Shown piece after piece: positions 37,920 through 53,635 of a stretch of 64,000 nucleotides of DNA (the first letter of the stretch is position 1; each line of letters opens with the position of its first letter). The translations under genes were made by a program, and so were the position numbers. The notes beneath the pieces were generated by a model that was given only the letters and a program-made list of their open reading frames with translations, was not told where the DNA came from and ran no database searches. Source of the stretch: Eledone cirrhosa (Eukaryota); assembly GCA_964016885.1 (NCBI GenBank), contig OZ024747.1, forward strand, positions 73,594,001 through 73,658,000, read 5' to 3'.

Positions 37920-38335
37920 CCTAAACCTGAAACTAGATTATTAACCATCTTGCAAGCAACAACCCTGAGCACCCTTTTGAATTCCATGTGTCTAAGACTC
38001 GTGTACATGCGTATAAAGTCAGAAAACAGCACAGCTCCCGTGACTTTCGGAAAATACTTTTTCACGCTCAGAGTTGTTGAAGCATGGAACAAACTACCTG
38101 CATCAGCTGTTAGCTGCTGAGACACTGCATCCTTTAAAACCTCCATGCTTCCTGAGATTCACCAACACTATAACTGATATTCCCCTTCCATACACACACA
38201 CACATGTATATCATGACTCGTACACTGTTCACTTTCCTGACATTTGTACATTATTCTATGTACTATACATGCACCTTTGATGAGTTGTAGTGCACCTGAG
38301 CACTGTACACAATCATTTCATTATTATTATTATTT
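37920..38335 (+). mobile_element. CR1-clade LINE 3' end
   Basis: TRVHAYKVRKQ..RK/YFFTLRVVEAWNKLPASAVS..SFK, typical CR1 ORF2 C-terminus; 3'UTR ending in (ATT)n. Confidence 0.8.
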
Positions 38336-38660
38336 ATTAAACTCTACATCATTTCTTCCTCCCTATACTGAGATCTTTCTGAAATCATCACTCTGTACAT
38401 TTACTTCCTCCAGTCGTCTTCTTATACCATTGATCTCCGAGGGCATGTGATGCCCATGCGCACAGCTGTTTAGCAAATGAAACTATTGAATAAAAACTCC
38501 TACATTTTCCCCTCCCTCTGATTATTTTACGCAACTCACTTCCTTATTCATTTAATTAGTCACTCCAATACTCAGTCCCTCACACAGTTTTGTCATTCAT
38601 TTATTCAGTCAGATACGATAACGCGTGCACACACACAGACACATACACACACATAAACAT

Positions 38661-38691
<31 letters not shown>

Positions 38692-39874
38692 CATACAGAC
38701 ATATTACACATATACACATACACAAACACATACATACACAAACACAGGCGCACCAATCACATCAACCGCACGCCCTACACCCTCTTTCTCCATCTTCAAC
38801 TTACAAACTAATCCACACACATCGAGGTTTTACATTGTTTTCTACCTTCAATATATGTTTATTGAAATCTATATCGATCGCTGCTATTCAATGTTATTGT
38901 GGAGACGGCGTTACTAAGGGACGCCATATCGATGTATCTACATTGTAAACATCCATTATATGAATGTATACTGCACTAGCTAACCTGCTAGCGGAAAAAG
39001 TAGGACTGATCTCGCTGTAGGAGGTCCCGGTTGATATGCCCCACATGAAGATGTAGTCTTGCTTCAAGGACATCACACATTCATATCAATAATATCAATA
39101 ATCGAGTGCAGAGTTGAGTAAATATTGTTCTAGGTTCGTGTGATCATTGCTCTCTATATGTCAATGTTGACTCAAATATTAGTTGCTCATTCCTACACAA
39201 TACCAGTATTTCATTGATATAACCTGTATTGTTAATATTGGTTTTCTCTCATCGATACAATACTACAACAGTGTAAGGGAGTAGCATATTAGATGGATCT
39301 GAGCTTGGTATATTACTGACAATATTTGAACCAAGGCAGGAAAAATATTAAGTTGACTGCGGTGGTGTTTGAACTTGGAACGTATTAATGAGCAGGGTTC
39401 CATAATGTCTGGTGGGGTCGTTGGGAGGTCGTCTTGATATTCTACATTTCTAGGACAATTTGAAACCTGGTGGAGCCCAGTACTCTCCAGGTCTGAATAT
39501 AGCAGATTTCTTCCAGAGAGGGATAACTAGTGAGGGAATGGAGGTGGAATATAGAGAAAGAATCGACCTCAGTTCTGCTACTTTTTTTCTCGACCTTGAA
39601 TGGATGAAAGGTAATGTTTACCGTGATGGGATTTGAACTCAAAGAACAGAGAGCCGGAACAAAGGTCGTAGATCATTCTATCTGACGTTCGAACGACTCT
39701 AACAATTTGCCGCCTTATTAAAGTGAAATTAAATAGTGCAAAGATTGGTCTGCTGTTGGTTTGTGTCGTTTCATTGCCTTAAAACCATAAATGTTACAAT
39801 CTAGTAGTCTCACTTGTAAAGATGCGAAGAAATTTAAACATCTCTCTCCACATAGAATTCGAACCTGTTAAAGC

Positions 39875-40282
39875 TATTAATCTTATAATTGTTTGTACTT
39901 TTGGCACAAGGCCAGCAATTATCCCACTGCATTACTAGTACTTTATTTTGTCGACTCCGTAAGGATGAAAGGCAAAGTTAACCTTGGCAGGATTTTAACT
40001 CAGATCATAAAAGGCCGTAACTCTATGCTGCAAAGTTATTAATCTTATAATTGTTTCTACTATTAGCACAAGTCCAGCAATTACCCAGTACATTACTGGT
40101 ACTTTATTTTATCGACCCCGTAAGGATGAAAGGCAAAGTTAACCTCGGCGGTTATTAATCTTATAATTGTTTCTACTTTAGGCACAAGGCCAGCAATTAC
40201 CCAGTACATTGCTGGTACTTTATTTTATCGACCCAGTAAGGATGAAAGGCAAAGTCAACCTCGGCGGGATTAATCTTATAAT
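39875..40282 (-). repeat. Tandem triplication of a SINE 3' part
   Basis: attaatcttataat anchors at ~39876, 40038, 40153, 40269. Confidence 0.85.
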
Positions 40283-40458
40283 ACCTGTTAATTATATTTG
40301 ATATAATTATGCATAAAATTAAATAATTTGCGGTAAAATGCAATGTAATGGCAACAGTTGATTCGATCCTCTGAGTTATGTAATAATATAATACATTCCC
40401 TACTTCACTAATATATTTTCGTCTCTGCAATATCTGAAGTATCCAATTTTATAATATA

Positions 40459-41038
40459 CTAGCAGTGGTACCTGGCGTTGCACGGGATAAGCTATTTTGG
40501 AACGCGGGCCGCCAACAGACCTATTCGTGGAAAAACTGCATGCCTGGACAATATGTAAAGAAAATAAACCGAATACTCTGATGGTTGGATAATCTTTAAG
40601 ATTTTCCTCGATGAAGCAGGAAAAATGCAGGTTTTCACCCAATGAGGACCCTAGGGGATCAAGAAAATGAATTCTTTTTATGTGCATAATATGCCTTTAA
40701 ATTTCGGGAAGATCGGCTAGACGTAACGCCTCCAAAAAGCCATAAAAAGCTGAAAAAATTAAGTTTTTCACCTAATGCGGGTCCTAGGCTTTAAAAAAGT
40801 TGGTTTTTCTTTGCTCCCGGTATGAAGAAGAGAGTGACTAATACATAGTTACAATTTCAAGGAAATCGGTCTGACGTAACGCCTTAAAAAACCTCTAAAA
40901 AGCAAAAAAAAAACGCAGTTTTCACCTAATGCGGGCATAAGAACCCCTGAACATAAGTAATATACATGTAAAGTTTGAAAAAAATCGGTTGGGTACTTCT
41001 CGAGTTTTAGGGATTCAAACCCACAGAAACGCGCGCGT

Positions 41039-41136
<98 letters not shown>

Positions 41137-41212
41137 ACACACATACACACGCACACACACACACACGCACACACACACACACATACATCCTCAGGTTTAT
41201 ATATATAAATGA
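40459..41212 (-). mobile_element. Non-autonomous Helitron
   Basis: Minus-strand 3' end cccgtgcaacgccaggtaccactgCTAG|T; 5' TCatttatatatataaa; internal ~150-bp degenerate repeats (ttttcaccyaatg at ~40631, 40765, 40919) and a (CA)n tract. Confidence 0.7.
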
Positions 41213-41923
41213 AAATAAGGCCGTTATTGTTCCAATCAGTCCACAAAACACTGTGCAAAAAGGAAACGCCATCCTGTACGCATGACCGCTGCTAAACCAA
41301 CCTTCGACCCACACACTGCATTCGGCATATCGGACTATATGATATAGTATAATATGAATTTTGGTTAGGTACAAATTCTTTAATTTATAGGAAATGTGAA
41401 GACAGAAGACAAATCAAATATAGGAACCCGAAATATCCATGTCATTTCCAAATGTACTCAGTAACATGAGACCATGATGGACATGTGAGGGAAATTAAAT
41501 ATTAGGATGTTGGATTTAAGATGTGGTCGTAGGTTTACTTCCAGACATGCGAAAAATGTCATCAATCATTCGAATTAAAAATCACCACTTTGAACTTGGG
41601 ATCATGTTCGGAAGTAATTCTGTTGCAAGTGCCCCTGTCTGGTCACATGTTTGAGGCCCTTTTCCTCCCTACATTACATCTGCCAGGGAAGCCCCGAAAA
41701 AGTCTTGTACCCTGTTGTTCCATCACCGAAGGAACAGTAACAATATGTAATGCATTAATTCAGCTCTGTAGTAACTCGGTTGTAATCAATATCCTATCTC
41801 AAAATATTTGTGATAAATAGCATATTGAACGATATATATATATAACTATCATATAACATTGAATACATTAATACCTTCTACTCAGAATATAGATTGCATT
41901 CTCACTGGAGAAAATCACACACA

Positions 41924-41960
<37 letters not shown>

Positions 41961-44900
41961 GTATACATTAAAAGACACACAAAAACACATATACTCACGA
42001 TTGCTTATACGAAGTTACTAGCAAACACGAAGAAATGCACAAACAAACGGTTCTGTGTGTGTGTGTGTGCCTCTACTTCTGCATGGATTGATGGATGCAT
42101 GTGTGCGCTACTGTCAGACGTGTGCATGTGTGTATATGTGTGTATGTTATAAAGCTACAAACAGCAAAGTTATCACATTTCAAACTCATTAATATCAACT
42201 ATTCGATATCATTATGGTCAAATATTTACAGCAGACCAATAATGAACAGCGTTGCCATATAAAGCTCTATTAGCTTTTAGCACATATGATATAAAATCCA
42301 TTAGTAATATATTATATATAGACCAACTGGAAGTGGTTAAATTTAAAGTAAACAATCGCTTAGATGAGAGTCGGAGTTGGCAATTTCATTCAGAAAACTG
42401 CATTCACTGTCACCGACCTGAGCCATTCATCCCTCTTCTATTGTTTCTCTCTGGCACTTAGTCCTACCCATATATTTAGCTTCCGCCATGTCAACCCCTT
42501 TCTTTTACTCCACTCAGCATATCTACAACACATCCGAAATTAGCTCCGTATTTACTAACTTACAGCGAAGGAAATAACCACCATGTTTTTTTTTCTCACC
42601 AAGATCAAAATTTTATATATGTATATACCCTCTAGGTTTTATGTCAATTAAGCATATTAACATATTCTGTGGCTTAGTTGTGCTTCGGCATACCATCAAC
42701 ATTGTCTCTGGATCGCTGATAATACTGTAGATCTTGGTGTATTTGTTATTGTTGTTGTTTAACAGCATGTAGCCACTGATCGTGATGTGTCATAATTCAG
42801 CAAAACACTTTCACTCTACGTTTCATTCAGTTTCAGCTGGGAGTTACGTTTAAGAACGACTGCTTTCTTGTCCAGGTGCGAGTCGTGTAAGCTTGGTCGA
42901 TTGATGCTGAGTTAATCAATATAAGCACCGATCTGGTGAGTCTCCCGGCTTGGGAGTGACTACGGAATTTTTGTGGAGATTTAGATCTGTGACTGCACCT
43001 TCCAATGAACCCGTTTTCCAAGACAGCTAGATGAGATTTCGTAATTATTTAGCTGGTGGTTCTAGGCTGTCGATCGACTGTACAGGCGAATACTTGATAG
43101 CTTATCAAACTGCAGATTGAATAGAAACCTGACCAAAAACAACTCATTAGCAAAACAAATAACACCAACCTAAAAGTAACAACCTCAATGAGTTACATTA
43201 TGAGGTAGAGTGAGAGATTCCGATGTTTCGGACAATTTGTCATTTGTCAAGATAAATTATAGATAGGTAGGGTGAGGAGAAGAGAAAAAGTATTTGAATA
43301 AAGAACGTGTGCAAGTTATCCAGGCAACATTGCAAACATCGACACTCTGTAAAGAAGAGAGCGTGTGACGTATGGGGGCTTACGCAGAAGGAAAAATAGT
43401 AAAAAGCCTAGAGTGTATGAGTGTGTGTAGTATATAGTAGCAATATGATGTGAGGTGATATACATATGATAATATGTATGTCTGTATAAGAATGTAAAGA
43501 GTGAAAATTGCTTCGGTGTAAACAAAATATGTGTGAGTTAGGGGACAGAATCCTTCGAGCTATGACCAATCCCACTTTAAGTTTCCAGCATTTGTATTGC
43601 CCAATACGTCGCATGCTTTTAAATGTTTTTTATATTAGCATATTACTACTATCTTTAGTAAGTTGAGTGACTGCGTAATGTTTTCCGACTAGCTCATAAA
43701 CTGTTATGTTTTTACGTTGTTGTGTTTGCGTCAAATGATTATGAGAAGGATGTCTGTAGGGAAAATTATATTATATTTTAATATCGGTTCCAATCTGAAA
43801 TAATTCAGAATATTTCTCCTTCATTCCTCACACTCTCTATGTTTCCTCCATTTCTAATCAATTTGATGGCCTTCAAGTGTAATATTATAGCGTAATCAGT
43901 GTCATGACCTACAATGCTTATTTCAATAAGTTTGATTGTTATCACTAATGTTATGCATTGTATCGAAGACAAAAAAAAAATCAATACTGAAATACCAGAT
44001 ATTTATCAACTGCAATGACCATCGACGATATTATAACTTTTAATAATATAATTCGCGAGGAACGTATGCATGATAGTATATTATCACATCAACTACCGAT
44101 AGAAACAATTCTGCTATGCAGTTACATCCATTTGTATTCTAATCTGAGATCAAATCCTACTGGAGTAAAGTTTGTATTTTATTTTTCTGGAGTCCAAGCA
44201 ATGGATTGCTGGAATCAAAATCTACTCTACTCTGTCACTCCAGTCCTTGTGTCTCTGATAAAAATCAATATTATATTCCAGAAAGGGAGTCAATTTGATA
44301 AGACCGGTGAGAGGAAATCATTGCAGTATTTAGTTAGGTCATTTGTATTCTGATTTAAAATCCCACTTGGATTGATTTTATCTGCCTTGTTTTGAAGCCA
44401 ATGTGTTTAGTATGAATGAAGTATTCGGTTTATTTCAATTCCCAGCTTCACCCGACACATGTGGCTATGTACTATTGATAAAGATCAATATTATTATAAT
44501 TAACAAAGATGACAGTAGATTTCCAGATGAAATGGTTTGCAATATTAAGTTATATCATTTTTACCCAGAGTTGTCGTATGATTTCGAAGACTATGATTCT
44601 GGTGTAATACTGAGGTATACTGAGGTATATATTATCGAGTAATTTTATTTTAGCAATTGACATTTCTTGTGACTATGTTAAAAATGAATATAATTGTTAT
44701 TTGGTGATTAGTATTACGAATAGAAATTATTTTTCTTACCCTAGAAAGACTCGATAAAGATGAGTGTAGTATTTATTTGCTGTAGTCACTTAAATCAAAT
44801 TATAAGCCTTCCCGAAAGTTTATGCGTTCGTGGACATTTACAAATATTTAAAGTAATGAATGGTCGAATCGGTAGTGTTGAAAGACATAGAATGTAGCAT

Positions 44901-45089
44901 TTGAGTACATATTTATGTCATATTCCAACCAAGTTGACTTCATTTTTCATCCTCTAGGGATCAAGAAAATAATTGATTGTTTAGTAATATTCGGTTTTTC
45001 GCCCCTTCAATATTCGAAATCTGGTAACGAATTATATATCAAACTCATGTAACATGCCTGCGCTTGGAGTTATGATTTGCAGGGGAAAA

Positions 45090-45245
45090 TCGATTAAATC
45101 GGCCTCAGCGCATTACTGGTACTTTATTTGATGAGCCCGTAAGGATGAAAGGCAAACCTCGGCGTGATTTGAACTGAGAACTTAAAGGGGTGTAACTCTA
45201 TGCCTCAAAGCAGGTTGTCCGACTCTCTATCGATACAACCAATCG
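45090..45245 (-). mobile_element. SINE copy
   Basis: Aligns with 36550-36700. Confidence 0.7.
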
Positions 45246-45927
45246 GTATTCTTTCCATCTGCCCCCAAAATGTATTATTTAGTTGCAATAACATAATGAA
45301 TAGGTTGTGATATTGTGATCAGTTGCCTTCTATAGTAACAAGAAATGTAAAGTAATTCCGTTAATGTCAGAGCCACTGTTAACAACTTCGGTAAAGAATG
45401 CAAGTAGCAGTCTAACTCTTGCATTATGACGAGTTGTGGCGTTGCTCTTTAGTAAGAAACCAGTTTTATTACGTAACACGGCTATCAGATATTGCGTAGC
45501 TATCAAATTCCTATGACAATAATAATACTGACAATGGATATGAACACCTTTCCAAGAGAGAAAGTCAATCTAATTATTTTAGTGCCTCCATTTCCCCTAG
45601 ATGTTTAAAAACTGAGTATTTCACAAAAGCTCACAAGACATTTTATGTGTTTTTGTCTGATGTATATAAAATCAACATGGAGTCTATGTCGACCAACATT
45701 GACACTAGTGTTAAATATAAGTTACACCAGCTATAGTGCTTGCTTCCTTTATTATTGTGAATTATAGTGAACCGAAATGAAACTACACAGTTAATCCGAG
45801 ACAATATGTCGGCAATTTAGTTTATCGACTGACTAACATATAACTCACACGCCAATGAATACACATACATAAAGCCACACATGTAGATATATCTACACAG
45901 ATACACACATATTTTCACACACGACCC

Positions 45928-46076
<149 letters not shown>

Positions 46077-46139
46077 TTATTTATATATATATATGTATTT
46101 ATATTTATATATGTGTATATGTATTCGTATATGCGTGTG

Positions 46140-46216
<77 letters not shown>

Positions 46217-46892
46217 ATGTGTGTGTGTGTGTGTGTGTGTGTATCTAAGTTTATTTAAAGTGTATGTTTGTGTTTGTATGTATATACATGTATACATGAA
46301 CGTTGGGTGCGAGCACACACTGGGATCTGAAGTGTAGATCTCATGTATAAATAAATCTTTAGTAACAGTGAGGTTGTGAAAGCGGAAATTAATAGAGCGA
46401 TGCTGTCTTTCCGATATAGTTTTAACGTCTGCAACAATACAGTCGATACAATACTGTTCAATACCTACTTTATAATTGTTCTTAACCCTCTCTAATATCG
46501 AACAACCTATAACGTACGTTATTTTATTTGTTGCAATGTGTATTTTTATGTTTCACCTTCTGGTTTAATATTCGTATCTGACAGCAATGGAGAGAGTACC
46601 AATTGACAGACCGACCGAATAAACTCCCTTAAAGAGGAATGTAGAAATGAAATATGAATGGATGGATGTGCGTATGTATATATGTATGGATGGATGGATG
46701 CATGCATGTGTGTGTGTATGTATGTATGTATGTGTATGTATGTATGTATATGTAAACATGTTTATGTGTATGTTTCTTTTCAATCTATCAATAAATCGGC
46801 AAACGTTCCTACATGTAATGGATATATACATACATAAATGCGTACATACACATTTACATACACATATACATACATACATGCATACATACATG

Positions 46893-46938
<46 letters not shown>

Positions 46939-47330
46939 CAAGTGTACATACAAAAAAGTCTAGATCAACACAATCTGTGTGTGTGTGTGAATGTTTGTGT
47001 GTGTATGTGTTTTTGTCTAAGTGTTTGAAGGCATGTCATTTATGATTAGGCTGTCCGACTCTATAAATATATATAAAGTGTGGATTTGTAAGCATAATAC
47101 TTATTCTGTGAGGCTGTTTCTCTTAGCCTAATTATATTTTTCACTGCAAAATATAAGATATGTGGTTTCCTGTGATATTGATAAACTGAAACATGTCTGA
47201 GGTCCTGAATTTTAAGATTCTATTATTTAATTGAACGATCATAGATTCGTAGAGTCGCATGTTCGCGTTACATATTATATATCGATTTCTTTTGATATAT
47301 GTATATAAACATATATATATATATATATAT

Positions 47331-47500
47331 GTAAAAGTAAACAGAAATAACAATACAATCGGTACAGTATATGGAAGGGATATATTAGGTTAACGCTTGA
47401 TATAGCTGGAAGAGGGTCTTAAATTTTCGGACGCTAGTCCTTCATCAGAAGAAAGAATGAGAAATAAGATAGATTGAGGGGACGGGTGGGTTGGAATTGG
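47331..47500 (-). mobile_element. PLE 3'-end fragment with a minimal HHR (47417-47452)
   Basis: Reverse-complement homolog of 52948-53122; stem III mutated (GAAAATTT); ends in (TA)n. Confidence 0.75.
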
Positions 47501-48032
47501 AAAAAATGTCTTTAGATAAAATATATTTATATAGTTCAAGTAAACGAGAAAACAGATATACAATAAGTCTTATTAGTTTCCCGTTTTACATCGAAAAAGT
47601 ATTATATATAATTGATTTAGTAAATGGAGCTAAATATATTGTTAGGATTTCGTATTGGCTTTGAAATTAAGAACAGGAAGATGGAATATGTTCCTATTCT
47701 GTGGCTGCTCATGTAAGGAATAACTTTTCACATTTCTAATATTTGCAATCTATGGAATATGTTCAATTTTTCTTTCCTGAACATGCAATAGAAAAAATTA
47801 CATTAGAACTTATATACTATAACGATTCCAGTTGAAATATAAAAGACGACGGGAGGAAATCACGTCGGAGTTGCATCCTGTCAACATATTAAACCTATTT
47901 CTAGACAACGTACACAGTTTATTTCTAAGTCTTTTCAATATGATATCTCGCGACATCTCTTCTCTGTTCTGTACTTTTAGTCTCTCTCTGTCTCTCTGTC
48001 TCTCTCTCTCACTCTCTCTTTCTGTCCAACTC

Positions 48033-48077
<45 letters not shown>

Positions 48078-48078
48078 G

Positions 48079-48156
<78 letters not shown>

Positions 48157-48646
48157 CTTACTCTCTCTATTTCAATATATTTATCTCTCACTGCCTATCA
48201 CTATATATCTACATCTTTTCCTTTTCCTCGGGGCTTTTATGCCTCTTCCACAATTCGTGTTTCCTCTATTCTGCCACTCCAATTTTTATGTCTATTCTTT
48301 ACGATAAAGAGAACATCCGTCTTACACCTATTTCACATGATTTCTTCAGTTATCCCTGTATATAAGTGCATAACGGCCTATGTATGAGTGTGTGTAAATA
48401 TGCCTGAGTTCATATACACACATAGAACTCAGTGCAGCGTTGTAGTGGTATTGTTTATGAGGAAGACGGTGTGATTGATCTAGAACATCGGCGCTATTAA
48501 TAGATGATGACGTAGTTACTACCTGTTGTTCGATCATGCGTTTTACCATGATCAATCAGCTCGCTGATACGATCTTGAAAGTATGAAATACTCTTAAACT
48601 CCTCCTACAACTAACTTTTATTTTATTCTCAGTCTTCAAATTAAAC

Positions 48647-48726
<80 letters not shown>

Positions 48727-48767
48727 CGAAACATAAGTCAATTGCATGAACTCATAATCCTTCATTT

Positions 48768-48823
48768 ACTGCTATATATATTTCGATGATAGCCATTGAA
48801 TGGCTATGACCTCATCAGGCAGT
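48768..48823 (-). ncRNA. Type-I hammerhead in a ~170-bp insert between (TA)n tracts
   Basis: Minus strand: ACTGC-CTGATGA-ggtcATAGCCAttcaaTGGCTATcatc-GAAA-TATATA-TA-GCAGT. Confidence 0.8.
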
Positions 48824-48886
48824 TAGTCAGTTATTAGATATGCCAGCTCTCTGTTTATAGTGTTGATGATATCAGAGCATTGGTAC

Positions 48887-48943
<57 letters not shown>

Positions 48944-48998
48944 AATAATATATGCCGGCACCTGTTTTTACCAAATAATTTCTACTGAACACACACAC

Positions 48999-49141
<143 letters not shown>

Positions 49142-50357
49142 CACACACACATACGCCCCCCCCACATATATATATATATATATATAGATGTATGAGCTAT
49201 TTGACATAAAACGCATTGTTTAAAGTTTCACTGGCAGGACACAATGGACTCTTGATCAACCAGATGACAGGTTCTATCTGTGAATGATTTAACAACTTTT
49301 AATTTTGATATTCAATTGACCTCTACTATTGACTCATTCACATAACCTGTGGATCATAGCTTGATTCAAATCGCGTGAAAATGATAGGCTAATCCAGGTC
49401 ACGTGCACTCAGTAGCGTCAAACAAAATGTGAAGGAAACATTTGATGTCAAGCTGTTTTAATTTTATATTATCTCCTTGAATCAGGCAATGTTGTCTGGT
49501 TTCGGGTTAATTCAGAGTGTGTGGTATCTTGTCAGTCATTGCTAACTAATATATCATGTTTGTCAGGTTGGTAGATTGGTGGATTGGTAGTATTAGTAGA
49601 TTTGTAGTATTTGTAGAGTGGTAGTATTAGTAGAGCGTTGGACAATATAGTTAACGGCATAGAATTACAACCTTTTACATTCTAATTTCAAATCTCGCCG
49701 AGGTTGGCTTTTCCTTTCATCCTTAAAAATCAAATAACAGTAACGTACTGGGGTGGTAATAATTGACTTGTCCTGCTCTCACAATTGTTGGCCTTGTGCA
49801 TGAATCAGAATCCATTATATTGTGTATGTACTGGTAACACATGAATATAATTGGGAGAACATGTATAGCTATTAACAGCTAAACACAGCTTAACAATGTT
49901 AAAGGCCGCTCAACAGCTACGTATAGACCAGACATTTTACCTTGAAATATAATACTTCTGATAAAGTAATTCTGACTGAATTCGACTGACTATTAACATA
50001 CGGTCGTTGTACATGTTTGTATAGAAGAGGCCTCAGAGATCGAAATGTACATTATAAAAGCGGTGAAGAATCCATTGTTAAACGTGAATACTACGTTATC
50101 TTCTGATTTTATCATTTTAAGAAAGGAAATATTTGTATATGCAGAATTTAGAAAGAGAGAACAAATATCTCGGGGGTATGCTCTCTGTCTTTTTCTCTCT
50201 TACTCTCTGTTTTTCTATCTATCTATCTCTTCCCCTGTCTATCTCACTCCTCGGCAGTAAGTTGATAAAATAGGATTATTCGTTCTGTCGTTCTCCTCTC
50301 ATTTATATATGTATGTATACATGTATGAATGCGTGTATACCTAAACGCATATATACG

Positions 50358-50448
<91 letters not shown>

Positions 50449-50625
50449 CTATTTTACTCTTTTACCTGTTCCAGCCCTCCGGCTTTATATATACATATAT
50501 ACAAACACATACACATATAAGTTTTAAATTAATATATATCACCATTGTATGTATTGTTATCCTGTGTTGTTTTTCCTTGCTGACTTCCCTCATACACATA
50601 CACACACAATCCCACACATATATAC

Positions 50626-50656
<31 letters not shown>

Positions 50657-50689
50657 TGTATGTATGTATGTATGTATGTATGTATGTAT

Positions 50690-51231
50690 GCGACTAAACT
50701 GGCTACCCCACCAAGGTTTCTTGGTGAGGAGGGTGACTTTGGACATCCTGCAGGACTAAAAACAAAACCTGTCAAAGGGCAAGGGAGCTCTTAAGAGTCA
50801 ATAGCCATCCAATATCACCGGGAGAGATGACCCCTTAGCCTTTGTCAAGGCAGAATTCTAGGAGAAGGAAAACTCTGATATAACACCTGCAACCCTGATG
50901 GTATCCAATGATGTTGACTTGTTCTTCTTTTTGGTAAATATCATCTTGGTTAAGAGAGTGGGACTGGCTTTGTGCAGTGCCTTTGCTCACTATAAAAGCT
51001 TCACAGCACAGGCATTTCTTTATATCTGGAGATCTCTCTGCACTTGTCATCACATGGTACCACGGGCCCTGCACTATGTGTTAATAATGGTCCCAATTGT
51101 AGTGTTTGTACCAGAGTTTTCAAGTTGCTGGCTGGACTAAAAAGTCACATTCGTTCAGCGCATCGGTAGGGGTTCTCCTACATGGATATAAAGTAGTGGC
51201 CGTACTCGAAAACGAGTTGGCAGCCACCATG
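50690..51231 (+). mobile_element. Free-standing, longer copy of the bipartite RTE derivative, within (TATG)n
   Basis: Closely similar to 7588-8035 with an extra ~95-bp head. Confidence 0.75.
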
Positions 51232-52994
51232 TATGTATGTATGTATGTATGTATGTATGGGATTAAGCACTTTTGATTGTTGAATGGAAGTTTCCGTTCA
51301 ATAATTGATTCGACTTAAAACTGAGTGTTGTACTTAGATGTAATAAATTTCTACTCTATACATTAAAGTATCAAGTACTGAATTGAATAAGGTATTTCTA
51401 GTAATTTAACTTGTGTTATCTTATCTATGTATATATGTGTGTGTGTGTCATTGTCTATTTCTGTATGTGTTTAACTGGCTGAATATTTCGTGTCTACGAA
51501 ATTATCTCCCTTCAGTTATCTTATGTCAATATTTCGTTCTTTCGTATTCTTTCTAAACATCTTCCATTCACACATTATCTCTTTCTTCTCTTACTCTTTT
51601 GCTATATTCCTCCCTTTCACTCTCTATTTTTCTCCTCCCACTCTCTCCTTATATTTCTCCCTTTCACTCTCTCCTATATCTCTCATAAGCATTCTATCTC
51701 CACATTTCTTTCATCGCTTTATTTCTGTTTCCTTGTTTGATCCCTTACACGTTCTTTATATCAGGTCTCTTCGCATTTTAAATATTACTAATAGTTTCCC
51801 CTGTAGCAACATGCTGCATTTAGCATCTGACTTAGACTCTGTAACCCGTCAAACTGATGATTACATGCTGTCAATGTATTGTTTTTAATAGACTTAACAT
51901 TGAACCCATATTACTTAAAATCTGTGGATTTCTAAATCCCCGAAACAATTCTATTTTTTACTGCTATCAGGACTGAGCTGGCGGTCCGCAAGAATGAGCA
52001 TCGCTCGTTGGAATGGTTGTCTCCGTGCATCTCACATGTTATGTTCTGAAAGCCAGCTTTTACAATTCTGTCAACAGGAGGCACAACCATTATAATGGAC
52101 GTGAGATGTGAACATTCTCAATTTTGGTATTTTACACAGTTTCATTTTAAGGAATAGATGACTCGAGTTTCGACATATTTACAGCTTTATTTCTCACTAT
52201 GACACTTTTCAGTTCTTTACTTATGTTACTCGTCCTGACAAAAATATTTGTAAACAAACACACGCACGCGCGTACACATGACCCATATATACATGCATAA
52301 ATATAGCATCACAAACACACAGGCATACACATAACCTTCAAATACTTGCATAAACACACAAACATACACACGTACACATGACCCAAAAATATTAGCATAC
52401 ACATACACACACATACGTACTTGCACACACACAACGATCATACATACACACTTACAAACATACGCATACAAGCGCGCGCCCAGACACAAACGTAGATACA
52501 ACACGTGATATTTCTCAGTTGCCCTCACTAATTCAACAGTTGTCTCCTTTCCCATAATGCACTTTCATATTTTCAATCTCTCACCAACTTCCTGTCCGTT
52601 TCTCTCTGTTTCTCACTCTTTCTGTCAATATGTACGTACTCACACAGATACACAAATACACCCCCCACACACACAGACACACACATACACACACACACAC
52701 TCACACACGCACTCACACAGACACACACAGACACGTATATATGAAAGATATATGTATATTGGTTATGTGTGTGTCTGTATATATATATATTTTATATATA
52801 TATAATATATATATGTATATATATATGTATATATAAAATATATATATGTATATATATATGTATATATATATATATATGTATATATATGTATACATATGTA
52901 TATATATGTATATATAAGCATTTATGTATATGTATATATATATATATCAATTCCATCCCGCCTGTCCCCTTAATCTATTTTAGTTCTCATTCTT

Positions 52995-53030
52995 TCTTCT
53001 GATGAAGGACTAGCGTCCGAAACGTTAAGA
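52995..53030 (+). ncRNA. Canonical minimal hammerhead in PLE fragment 52948-53122
   Basis: TCTT-CTGATGA-a-GGAC-tagc-GTCC-GAAAC-GTT-AAGA; palindromic AACGTT stem III. Confidence 0.85.
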
Positions 53031-53516
53031 CCCCTTCCTGCTATATCAAGCGTTAACCTAATATATACCTTCCATATACTCTACTGATCCGATTGTGTTG
53101 TTATTTCTGTTTACCTTTTACATATGTATATATGTGTGTGTATATATATATAATAGAAAGCGAAAAATCAGTGATGCATCTGAACTCAATTTATTGTGTG
53201 TTACAATTGTTTCCCCGGCGGACAGCTCGAGACGCGATCATTGTGTGGATCTGTCTGATTCTGGAGCCGCAGATTCGACGGACACGTCTAATGATTTCGG
53301 AGCATATTCACTCACTGGGGTATCTGACCCTTCTGGGCCAGTACCTTCAAAAACTTCATCCACTTCGCGAGTCCTGCAATTGGCCGCTGGTTGTCGACGT
53401 CATCATAATTCTGACCATAGGTACCAGTTTGCTGACCATCAGGGCGTTAGCTGTCCCATGTCTGCTACACTTCAATAAATTTGTTTAGCAGATATGGGAC
53501 AGCTAACGCTGTGTGA

Positions 53517-53635
53517 AGGCGTGTGGCTGAGTTGTTAGAGAATTGGGTTCAAAATCTTGAGGTCGTGAGTTCGATTCCTGGACTGGGCGATGCGTTATGT
53601 CCTTGAGCAAGACACTTTATTTTACGTTGCTCCTT
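53517..53635 (+). mobile_element. Second tRNA-derived SINE family (CORE-like)
   Basis: A-box tggctgagttg, B-box gagttcgattcc, then tgtccttgagcaagacactt. Confidence 0.7.

Noticed and set aside
53517-53590. tRNA gene
   Set aside because: A/B boxes present but the cloverleaf is poor and it continues into a SINE core
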